From positions 64,001-128,000 of the forward strand of contig CAWFQL010000006.1 in the NCBI GenBank assembly GCA_963817915.1: a DNA stretch of 64,000 bases, given 5' to 3'. Under the pieces are notes generated by a model. The model did not search any database and had not been told where the DNA came from. It worked only from the letters and a program-made list of their open reading frames with translations. Below, one piece after another: positions 47,729-56,086 of the stretch. Both the position numbers and the translations under genes were made by a program. The stretch's first letter is position 1. Each line of letters starts with the position of its first letter. The stretch comes from an uncultured candidate division Zixibacteria bacterium (lineage in GTDB: Bacteria > Zixibacteria > MSB-5A5 > UBA10806).

Positions 47729-49072
47729 TTAGAATCTCCCCACCGATGGCCGTATTATCGGGGCTTCGGATCCTCGCTGCCTTACCTGCCATAGAGCTAA
47801 TGCCAACGCGCAGACTCCATCGCCGACATTGGTATAGGATTTATCCATAGCGCGGATTTCATCGGTCAGGCTCCAGCTACCGCCATTGTCATCTGGGCAC
47901 TCAATGTGATTCCAGACAACTTCGCCCGCGAATATCGCCCGTTCGAAATTGGCCAAAAGCAGATCTCGATTGCCGCCTCCAAAATTAAAACCGATCGCCC
48001 CGATATCATCCAATTCCGAGAGAACAACATCGCCCAGGCCGGTGGAATCTATGATGGTCACGCCGCCATACTTATTATGAATATCCTTGATCATCTTAAT
48101 TGTAGTCGGCCATTCCCGCTGCATACGGATTATATTCATCACTTGGAACGGCTTGCTTGTGGCGTCAATAGTGATGCCAACCGTGTGCGTTACTTTTCGT
48201 GCTAAATCCCAGCCGTGGATAAAGAAATTATCCGAGCCGATGATAATTTTATCGTTCTGATTTTTCTCAATCAGACATCTTTCAATCACTTCTTCTGGGA
48301 ATAATCTCCCCTCGAATGACGCGAACCGCCCATAGAGATGCTGCTGAGCCCGTGCCTGCGATATATTTCCCTTCAGTTGGTCGAGATATTGGCGCGAAAG
48401 ATATGGATTTTCGAATGTTGCCCCTTGATGGAGATACCCTCGTCGCTCCTTTTCGATTGCCTGGCACCGTTTGAAAAACCAATTGAGGCCGTTCGGGGTC
48501 GATGAAAAATCAAGCGTCCCTCCCCTGTCGGCCAGACGCATTTTGATAACACCATCCACCACCCACTCGCCAAACGGCTCATACGCCGCCTCATCGAAAT
48601 TGATATAATCGAAATCATGGCCCAGCAGATATTCCCCTCGGTTATTGGTAGAGCGAGCCCATAACTCCGAGCCATTCTTGAATTCTATATGGGGAAATGG
48701 CGTTTGTTTGATAGAATGCACGAGCGCCATAAGATGATTCGACCTGCCAAGTAGATCTATGACCTTAAGAAATATTATCGATGACTGATCCTGCGTGATG
48801 GAAACATTGGCACAACGATAATACCCCGGCTTGTCGAATTTGGTAGGGCGGATTTGAAAGATTGCCCTGTGAATCAGCTTGACCGCCTGAATTTGTGATT
48901 TCCCCCAACGGTTGCCGGTCACAAGCGCATTTTCGACACCTGTAGAATTATTCAGCCATTTCGCCTGGCCCTCATGAGGATTTATTTTCAGAAATGATTT
49001 TGCAAAATAAACAATATCATTCACCGCCCGCCGCCAACTGCGGCAGGTAATTTCATCAGGTTTATCTATCAT
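47729..49072 (-). CDS. Phage terminase large subunit
   Basis: PHEGQ, Walker A GNRWGKS, Walker B INFDEAA, motif III SSTPNG, ENPYL; nuclease acidic residues in GWDLAR, IDSTGLGD, DGVCALALA. Confidence 0.92.
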   Translation of the reverse strand: MIDKPDEITCRSWRRAVNDIVYFAKSFLKINPHEGQAKWLNNSTGVENALVTGNRWGKSQIQAVKLIHRAIFQIRPTKFDKPGYYRCANVSITQDQSSIIFLKVIDLLGRSNHLMALVHSIKQTPFPHIEFKNGSELWARSTNNRGEYLLGHDFDYINFDEAAYEPFGEWVVDGVIKMRLADRGGTLDFSSTPNGLNWFFKRCQAIEKERRGYLHQGATFENPYLSRQYLDQLKGNISQARAQQHLYGRFASFEGRLFPEEVIERCLIEKNQNDKIIIGSDNFFIHGWDLARKVTHTVGITIDATSKPFQVMNIIRMQREWPTTIKMIKDIHNKYGGVTIIDSTGLGDVVLSELDDIGAIGFNFGGGNRDLLLANFERAIFAGEVVWNHIECPDDNGGSWSLTDEIRAMDKSYTNVGDGVCALALALWQVRQRGSEAPIIRPSVGRF

Positions 49073-49110
49073 TTTAAATCAAACACCAAAATGAGTGACT
49101 TTTGGCATTG

Positions 49111-49719
49111 TTATTGGCTATTGGCCACCGGTTTTGATATTGAATTTGTCATATTCTCGCGCGCCAATTCCTCTTTTCTGATTTCCGAAAGAATTTCCAA
49201 AAGCAGCTTTTCATTTTGCGAGCCCTCGGAAATTTTCTGTTTGATCTCAATCGCTTTGAATGCCGAATCGATCTTGAGTTCGATTTCGCCATCAACCAGT
49301 TTTTTATAAACCATATCGCGAACAGTATCGAGTAATAGCTGATCGCTGATAACGAGCGGCTGGATAATTTTTTTATTAGCGTTAATAGCGTCGTCAGGAA
49401 CCCTTTCCTGACGATTAACCTGCATCTTTGCATCTTCAGGAATCCTTTCCTGACGACCAACTAGTGTCTTCTTCGCATCGCTGCTACCAATGCCGCCGGT
49501 GCTTTTGGGTTCGACAGGCCTAATAGTCTTTTCAGCTTTAGTCTTGCAGTCCTCTTGCTTAATATGATTTGCCCTATGCTTCGCCAATGAGAACCGACTG
49601 ATCGGCACTCCATTGCTCTTGGCCCATTGAATAACACCATCGACTTTGCCAGGCATGTCCCTTTTTTCTATTTCATTTCTCAATGACGAGGCGCATATGG
49701 CGCATGTTTCGATCGGCAT
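49111..49719 (-). CDS. Putative terminase small subunit (CxxC...HxxxH zinc finger/HTH plus oligomerisation helices)
   Basis: Between portal and TerL; CAICAS...SLAKHRANH; C-terminal helical pair. Confidence 0.65.
   Translation of the reverse strand: MPIETCAICASSLRNEIEKRDMPGKVDGVIQWAKSNGVPISRFSLAKHRANHIKQEDCKTKAEKTIRPVEPKSTGGIGSSDAKKTLVGRQERIPEDAKMQVNRQERVPDDAINANKKIIQPLVISDQLLLDTVRDMVYKKLVDGEIELKIDSAFKAIEIKQKISEGSQNEKLLLEILSEIRKEELARENMTNSISKPVANSQ
49390..49457. repeat. Two REP-like palindromes embedded in-frame in the TerS linker
   Basis: TCAGGAA(C/T)CCTTTCCTGACGA twice, 45 bp apart; intergenic relatives at 45039-45063, about 5309-5335 and about 58728. Confidence 0.7.
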
Positions 49720-49720
49720 A

Positions 49721-51010
49721 TCAGCTTTCCTCCTCGGCTACGAAAATCCGTTCGCGGGCTTCTTCTTTGGTCAGCAGGCCTGCCTTGAAAAGCTCCATGA
49801 CTCGTTCAGCGGCTTCGTGTTCACTGCGATATTTCTCGAATATATTATCGATCCCGTTATTGTCGAAACGGACTTCAGCCCTGATGTCGTGTCCCTCATG
49901 CTTGAGATAGTTATTGATGAGCCATTCGAAAAATCTGATGGCCAGTTTTTGAACCGAGACTATTTGTCTTAATACCAGTTCATATTTGAACCCCGCCCAG
50001 GTTTGAGTAGTGCCAAATGAGTACCCGAGCATGAATGGATCGAGATGAACTCCGGCGCAGATATCCTCTACCAGAGCCCGATGAGATAGATACCACGCGC
50101 TCGTGGCAGGAGTCGCGCCGCTGCCGGGGCCAATAGTCTTGATTTCGATATCATCCCAGGTCACCGCGGAATCCGAGGGCTTGATGCCGGAAAAGAGTTT
50201 GACCGTATCGTCGAAATAGTCATTGGCCCTATCTATATAATTTGGCTCCGATTCGCCCATCCTGCGTTCCGGCTTCTTGATAAGCACATGCATGCGATTA
50301 TATCCGGCCTTCTCCTGCGATTTCTGCATATCATCGAGTAGCTTCTGCTCCAAGCGGCTTACAAAACCAATTGATTGCAATATGCTCTTGCCGCGCGGAT
50401 CCGAAACATCGTCATCAAGCGGGATATAAATAAAACTCGATTGGTCGGCGAGAATCTTCTCATTATAGGAATCTATATAGATTTTCAATTCATCTTCATT
50501 TTCGAAGACCAACTTACGCAAATCGACTGCCGAGAATCCGTTGATACCGCCCGATTCCGAAAGATCTATATTCCCCGCGAAGGCGCCATCCACAAAGAGG
50601 CTATTGAAGAAAAGATCGGATAATCTTTGCAGGCCCCCGGTTTTATAATATTGATTCGGCGCCAATTTATTATTGAGCTCGTCAATTGCATCACGCAATT
50701 TCGCCTTGTTTCTCTCGGTGATATTTTCCGCCAGATGAATTTCCATCGGGCTTGAGCACAGCCTGACCCATACCCATATCGCGCCGTTGATGACAGGAAT
50801 ATTCTCACGCAAAAAGCGATACAAAGTCACCCGCTCATTGTAGCTATAATCATCAGGGAAACTTATCATCGCTTGTTTGTTAGCCAGACCGGCGCCGGGC
50901 CTGGTGCGGGCATGATGGTGCGGTTTATTGGCAGGCGCGCGTTGCGACAAAGCCGTCGATGGAATTTGCTTAGATTTACCTGTTTTTTTGAAAAATGGTA
51001 TCTTGATCAT
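49721..51010 (-). CDS. Phage portal protein
   Basis: LYRFLRENIPVINGAI..WVRL, DPRGKSIL, IEIKTIG, ICAGVHLDPFMLG.S.GTT; heads the operon with TerS and TerL. Confidence 0.82.
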   Translation of the reverse strand: MIKIPFFKKTGKSKQIPSTALSQRAPANKPHHHARTRPGAGLANKQAMISFPDDYSYNERVTLYRFLRENIPVINGAIWVWVRLCSSPMEIHLAENITERNKAKLRDAIDELNNKLAPNQYYKTGGLQRLSDLFFNSLFVDGAFAGNIDLSESGGINGFSAVDLRKLVFENEDELKIYIDSYNEKILADQSSFIYIPLDDDVSDPRGKSILQSIGFVSRLEQKLLDDMQKSQEKAGYNRMHVLIKKPERRMGESEPNYIDRANDYFDDTVKLFSGIKPSDSAVTWDDIEIKTIGPGSGATPATSAWYLSHRALVEDICAGVHLDPFMLGYSFGTTQTWAGFKYELVLRQIVSVQKLAIRFFEWLINNYLKHEGHDIRAEVRFDNNGIDNIFEKYRSEHEAAERVMELFKAGLLTKEEARERIFVAEEES

Positions 51011-51073
51011 CGCCTCTCCTTTGGCAAGAAAACGTTTCGACTAGTCATTCCACCTTTAGGCTATTTTAATAAT

Positions 51074-51120
51074 AAATGCTCATTGAACTCTTTTTGAGAT
51101 TTATCCCGCATAAAATCCGA
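51074..51120 (-). promoter_or_regulatory. Upstream element shared with the capsid operon
   Basis: TCGGATTTTATG-N20-GTTCAATGAGCATTT, collinear with 16373-16419. Confidence 0.75.
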
Positions 51121-51302
51121 TTTGTTTAGTGAACCCGCGGCGAGTCAGGGCTTGCCCTGACCGCCCCCGACTAATTAAGATGCGGTCACGTCAAGACGTG
51201 ACTCGCAGGAATAAGGTTTCTGATTCATTCGGCGATTGACCGTCAATGAATAATCTCGTAATATTTCAACCAATGCATCTAAACCATTTCAGGAGGATTA
51301 TT

Positions 51303-51875
51303 GTGAAAAAATTTAATTGGACGAAAGAATCACTTATGTTCTTATTGGCAATAGCCGCGATCTTTTTATTTACATCTTACCCCGCTAAAGCCGATTCAAC
51401 ATCCACAAATAACTTCATGAGCGTAACCAGTTTCAACCAGATCAAATATCTTCTCGGCGAATGGGTTGGCGAAGGCGGCGGTGATCCCGGACAGGGAGTT
51501 GGAGGATTCTCTTTCAACATGGATTTGCAGGGAAAGATAATGACCCGGAAAAATTACGCCGAATATCCGTCAACAAAAGATAAACCGGCATATAGGCATG
51601 ATGATTTTATGGTCTTATACCAGGAGAATACTTCATCACCCATGAAGGCTATTTACTGGGATAACGAGGGTCATGTGATTAATTATGCTATTGAGATTTC
51701 GAGCGATCAAAAATCAATAATCTTCACCAGTGACAAATCGGCGAATACCCCCCAATTCCGACTAACCTATGTTAAATCCGACGACAAAAATATAGGGATT
51801 GTTTTCGAAATTGCCCCGCCAAATATGCCTGATGAATTTTCGAGATACTTAGAGGCATCCGCGCACAGGAAATAA
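51303..51875 (+). CDS. Hypothetical secreted beta-rich protein
   Basis: GTG after AGGAGG; signal peptide; LLGEWVGEG, YWDNEGHVINY. Confidence 0.7.
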   Translation: MKKFNWTKESLMFLLAIAAIFLFTSYPAKADSTSTNNFMSVTSFNQIKYLLGEWVGEGGGDPGQGVGGFSFNMDLQGKIMTRKNYAEYPSTKDKPAYRHDDFMVLYQENTSSPMKAIYWDNEGHVINYAIEISSDQKSIIFTSDKSANTPQFRLTYVKSDDKNIGIVFEIAPPNMPDEFSRYLEASAHRK

Positions 51876-51888
51876 GATTTCCAAAGAA

Positions 51889-51916
51889 GTAGAGACGCAA
51901 GATTTTGCGTCTCTAC
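51889..51916. repeat. GTAG-type REP (GTAGAGACG...CGTCTCTAC)
   Basis: Relatives at 29768-29797 and 34397-34423. Confidence 0.75.
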
Positions 51917-52068
51917 AAGATATTGTAATTCCGAACCCCTGCGGTTCGGACTCTTTATTATCAACTCTATACAGGCAGAAGGAACCACGAGGATTCTCTC
52001 TATCAACCATCATTTTTCCTGATCGGGGAACATATTTTGACATTTGGCGATTTTTAATAGTAATTGAT

Positions 52069-52914
52069 ATGAATACAAATAAGAAAATATTAGAAATGCC
52101 TCCGAAAAGTGAAGCCGAAAACCGGGGAGAAAATCGCGGCAAGTTCGCGTTAATCACCGGCGCGTCGAGTGGAATCGGATATGAGCTAACGCAGCTTTTC
52201 GCTCGAGATGGGTATGGCGTAGTAATGGTCGCCAGAGATGAAAAACGGCTTTTGGGGGCCGCGGCAAAGATAATGGAATCATCTAATGTGCCTATCAAAA
52301 CCATCGCAATAGATTTGGCCTTGCCGGGAGCCCCGTTTCAACTCTATCAGGACCTCAAGCGCGATAATTATAATATTGAATATCTTGTCAATAATGCCGG
52401 ATTTGGGGGATCGGGCAAATTCGCCGAAACCGACTGGGATTATGAAAATATGATGATTCAGGTCAATATTGTGGCTTTGTCGCAATTGACCAAATTATTC
52501 TTAAAAGATATGGCTGCTCGAAATTCCGGCAGGATCATGAATCTGGCGTCGATAGCAGGATTTCAGGCGGGACCATTGATGTCGGTCTACTACGCGACCA
52601 AATCATATGTACTTTTATTTTCAGAAGCACTGGCCAATGAGATGAAAGGTACTGGAATTTCTATCACGGCGCTTTGTCCCGGGCCGACACGTACCGAATT
52701 CCAGTCTACTGCCGGTGTCGAAAAAGCACGGCTATTCAGAAGCATAATGGTGATGTCGGCAGAGAAGGTGGCGAAAATCGGCTACAAAGGTATGATGGCC
52801 GGCAAAACAGTTGTTATCCCCGGTATACTGAATAAGATAATGATTGAATCGGAACGGATTTCGCCAAGAAAAATGGTTACTTCAATATCCAGATTTCTGA
52901 CTGAAAAAAGATAG
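52069..52914 (+). CDS. Short-chain dehydrogenase/reductase
   Basis: TGASSGIG, LVNNAG, YYATK, LCPGPT. Confidence 0.92.
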   Translation: MNTNKKILEMPPKSEAENRGENRGKFALITGASSGIGYELTQLFARDGYGVVMVARDEKRLLGAAAKIMESSNVPIKTIAIDLALPGAPFQLYQDLKRDNYNIEYLVNNAGFGGSGKFAETDWDYENMMIQVNIVALSQLTKLFLKDMAARNSGRIMNLASIAGFQAGPLMSVYYATKSYVLLFSEALANEMKGTGISITALCPGPTRTEFQSTAGVEKARLFRSIMVMSAEKVAKIGYKGMMAGKTVVIPGILNKIMIESERISPRKMVTSISRFLTEKR

Positions 52915-53001
52915 ATATCTGATATAGTTGCCAACGGGTTTCGCGGTACTGCCGGAAAATAATGGTTGACCCTTAAGACGTTGAAAAGTTACATTTAAGC
53001 A

Positions 53002-53364
53002 ATGAAACACGATTATGATAATAGACTTTTGCCGTCAAGAGTAAGAATAATTGAAGAGCGTATCAAGGCGGCGGATATGGAATTTTCGCAATTCCATTGG
53101 CATAAATTTGATCATTACGACAAAATCCCGGCCACGAACGAAAACGCTCATTATATCTGCTCATTGCTTTCATATGATCACTCATCGCCGAAATTCTATT
53201 TTAAATTTTTCCTGCGAAATATCGGGTATGAACCGGAATTTGCCCCAGGTCCCGGAAATAATGATATAATTCAATTTTCCAATAGCCTGAATTGGGAGAC
53301 AACTCTCGAAGTTTTCGATTCCTGGCTTAAATTGATCCGGGAGCGAGTGCAGCAATCGTCATGA
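53002..53364 (+). CDS. Hypothetical protein
   Basis: 120-aa ORF between co-oriented genes; promoter-like TTGACC-18-TACATT 6 nt upstream. Confidence 0.6.
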   Translation: MKHDYDNRLLPSRVRIIEERIKAADMEFSQFHWHKFDHYDKIPATNENAHYICSLLSYDHSSPKFYFKFFLRNIGYEPEFAPGPGNNDIIQFSNSLNWETTLEVFDSWLKLIRERVQQSS

Positions 53365-53401
53365 GCTATCATTTCCAACAAGATTAATTTCCTGACAAAG
53401 C

Positions 53402-53962
53402 ATGATTCTATTTTCTAAAGCTTATAATGTAATATGTATAGTATGGATCCTATTCGAAATCGCTTTTGCCATTTTTCGCCGTTCAGCGGGCTCAACAGAA
53501 GATAAGGGTACATTAGCCCTCTTATGGATTACCATTGTGGTCTCCACAGCTATTGGTAATACTATTCCGTATTCGCTAATAGGTTATTGGGGAATTCCCA
53601 TTTATATCCGCTGGCTTGGTTTGGCGTTGATACCTGCGGGAATAATCATTCGCATTATAGCAATACGCACTCTGGGAAAGTATTTTACCACCAACGTCGC
53701 GACATCCACCGATCAGAAGGTAATCGATATTGGCATTTACAAGCATATCCGACACCCGGCGTACTCAGGGAGCCTGATAAGCTTTCTGGGAATGGGCTTG
53801 GCATTATCAAATTGGCTTAGTTTATTGATTATATTTGTGCCCGTTGCGCTCGCGTTTATTTATAGAATTCGGATCGAGGAAAAGGCGCTTATTAACACCC
53901 TTGGACAGCCTTATATTGAATATATGGGAAGAACGGCCAGACTGATACCTTACATAATATAA
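53402..53962 (+). CDS. Isoprenylcysteine carboxylmethyltransferase (ICMT/STE14) family
   Basis: TLGKYFT, GIYKHIRHPAYSG, RIRIEEKAL. Confidence 0.9.
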   Translation: MILFSKAYNVICIVWILFEIAFAIFRRSAGSTEDKGTLALLWITIVVSTAIGNTIPYSLIGYWGIPIYIRWLGLALIPAGIIIRIIAIRTLGKYFTTNVATSTDQKVIDIGIYKHIRHPAYSGSLISFLGMGLALSNWLSLLIIFVPVALAFIYRIRIEEKALINTLGQPYIEYMGRTARLIPYII

Positions 53963-54013
53963 AAAAACCCCTATCGTAATAATAGGGGCTCAAATTCTTT
54001 ACGTATGTATTTT

Positions 54014-54223
54014 TTAGTTCGTCTTTAAAACGTTTTGGGCCTGTAAACCCTTAGGTCCCTCCACTAATTCAAATTGAACGTTATCCCCTTCCAACAATGA
54101 CTTGAACCCATCGCCCTTGATCGAAGTGTAATGAACAAAAACATCATTACCATTTTCATTGAGAGTGATGAACCCGTATCCCTTCTTACTATTAAACCAC
54201 TTCACTTTACCAATTGAAATCAA
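54014..54223 (-). CDS. Cold-shock protein
   Basis: [21 protein letters not shown]; promoter TTGACT-17-TATACT at 54354-54326 gives a 5' UTR of about 95 nt. Confidence 0.95.
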   Translation of the reverse strand: MISIGKVKWFNSKKGYGFITLNENGNDVFVHYTSIKGDGFKSLLEGDNVQFELVEGPKGLQAQNVLKTN

Positions 54224-54579
54224 TGGGATACCTCCTGTTAATAATTGATGTTAAACTCTTAAAAAAAGAAAACCTCATTTGCTGGAAGTCCTTTGGGTGA
54301 GGCCACTACGCCAAGCCTCAATTTTAGTATAATCATACGGTATGGCCGAGTCAAGTAAAATCTGTGATAAAATCTATTGTACCGCAACACCTTGCATCCA
54401 TATGTATGGTATGACCATTCTATATATTGTGGTTTAAGATACATTGGTCAGCGGATGAATTCTTCATTTTATGCCCGTGACAATAATAAGTAAAATCAGG
54501 AAATGAATTTCGGATGAATATCAAGTGATAACCGTTGCCGGATTTTCGGAGCATATTTCTATCCAAAAAAGGAGAAAAT

Positions 54580-55077
54580 GTGCCGAAAATCAAAGGATTC
54601 GATCCTCAGGTAATTGATACAATAGAGATAGAACAATCTAAGTTGACTGACCCGGTCCTGGTTGATACGGTCAGCAATGCCATGAACAGACTTGATCCTG
54701 GATCACAACAATTGATTTATGAAATATTTTATCAAGGCCATTCACTATCTGGCATAGCCAGTCGGGATGGTATTCCACTCAATGAGTTGAACCGTCGCTT
54801 TTACGAAATCAAAAGGCAATTAAAGATGATTCTGGGTGATTTCGTCAAAAATCGATGGGGGCTGAATGTAACCGGCACCTGTAGAATCTGCAGCCATCCC
54901 CGAAAAGAAGCAATCGACAGAGTAATTTTGGCTAAGAATGATTCGGAATCTTGGGGACAAATTTGCAAAAATTTGGAATCAATAACTGGAGAAAAATTCT
55001 ATCCGCCTCAAATCCTGAAAGCACACTTAAAACATATTTCCAGCGTTAACAACGGAGGGAACAGTAATGGCAAATGA
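54580..55077 (+). CDS. Sigma70-region-4-like HTH fused to a CxxC...HxxH zinc-finger domain; candidate regulator
   Basis: GTG after AAAGGAG; AMNRL....QQLIYEIFYQGHSLSGIA..GI.....RR; CRICSHPRKEAID...LKAHLKH. Confidence 0.65.
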   Translation: MPKIKGFDPQVIDTIEIEQSKLTDPVLVDTVSNAMNRLDPGSQQLIYEIFYQGHSLSGIASRDGIPLNELNRRFYEIKRQLKMILGDFVKNRWGLNVTGTCRICSHPRKEAIDRVILAKNDSESWGQICKNLESITGEKFYPPQILKAHLKHISSVNNGGNSNGK

Positions 55078-55300
55078 TCATCGACATGTGCAGATTAGAT
55101 TGACAAGAGAGATGAAGCAGGATCTGGAGAATTTATCAAAACGTTACGAGATGACCATTTCGGATGCTATCAGAACAATCATCTATTTCGGCCTGCCGGT
55201 ATTTACATCGCTCATGGATGTCCAGATGGAATTAGCCCGGCGTATCGCCGCCAACCTTAAAAAAGACGCCCGAAAGGAAAGCTCAGTCCAGGGTAGTTGA
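55067..55300 (+). CDS. Ribbon-helix-helix (CopG-like) protein
   Basis: HVQIRLTREMKQDLENLSKRYEMTISDAIR. Confidence 0.75.
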   Translation: MANDHRHVQIRLTREMKQDLENLSKRYEMTISDAIRTIIYFGLPVFTSLMDVQMELARRIAANLKKDARKESSVQGS

Positions 55301-55876
55301 AAGTATCATGATCGCCCCGGCGTGTTCCATTTCATCCATTGCCTTGATGGAATCGCCGGGGTGCACATCGACTCCTCGGATAGCATCGGCCACGACCAAC
55401 GTTTCGAAACCGTTCTTTAAGGCATCGAGGGCGGTGGCTTTGACACAATAATCAGTCGCCAGGCCGCAAATAAATACTCGCTTTATATTTGATTTCTTCA
55501 AAATTTCGGAGAGCCGGGTACCCTGAAATCCGGAATAAGCCTCTTCATTGGCTGCTGTAGCTTTCAAGACATTCCTGAATTTTTCCGTAGTAAGCTTGTG
55601 ATGGTATTCGGCGCCATGGCTTTTAGCGACACAATGGACCGGCCAAACCCCGCCAAATTCTTTGAAGGAAACATGATTCGGCGGATGCCAATCCCGCGTG
55701 GCATAGATGATATCGAAATAGGGATTAATTCTATTTATCACTCCGACAACTCTGTCGCCATCGCGGACAGCCAGCGAACCTCCCGGGCAGAAATCATTCT
55801 GGACATCGACAACGAGCAAGGCATCCCGTTCTTTATTTATTTTAATTCTTACCATACCTATTTTGCTAACTGCCAT
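55283..55876 (-). CDS. pncA: Nicotinamidase/pyrazinamidase
   Basis: VVDVQNDFCPGGSL, DWHP..H.SF, WPVHCV, YSGF, GLATDYCV; exact start uncertain. Confidence 0.92.
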   Translation of the reverse strand: MAVSKIGMVRIKINKERDALLVVDVQNDFCPGGSLAVRDGDRVVGVINRINPYFDIIYATRDWHPPNHVSFKEFGGVWPVHCVAKSHGAEYHHKLTTEKFRNVLKATAANEEAYSGFQGTRLSEILKKSNIKRVFICGLATDYCVKATALDALKNGFETLVVADAIRGVDVHPGDSIKAMDEMEHAGAIMILSTTLD

Positions 55877-56086
55877 ATCCGAGTCTATGTTCCATTTGAT
55901 AGAGAGGGAATTAGTGAAAAACACCTTATTGGGCCCGTTTAATCAAATTATAATAGAATGCGAACATATTCTTAACATATCTCGCCTGTTCGCTAATATT
56001 TAATCAATTGCGGTAAAGTTTCTTGCTAAGCAAAAGGGTCGGCTTGGAGCCGACCCTTTGGACTATTTTGTTTTTAGAATATTGTT

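Noticed and set aside
7532..51010. One intact 43-kb prophage spanning capsid to portal
   Set aside because: The intervening DNA is host-type (aceK, mscL, arsM, MFS, secreted enzymes, REPs), and no integrase, att repeats, replication or tail genes were seen. A decayed prophage cannot be fully excluded, but intact frames and the shared upstream motif argue against it.
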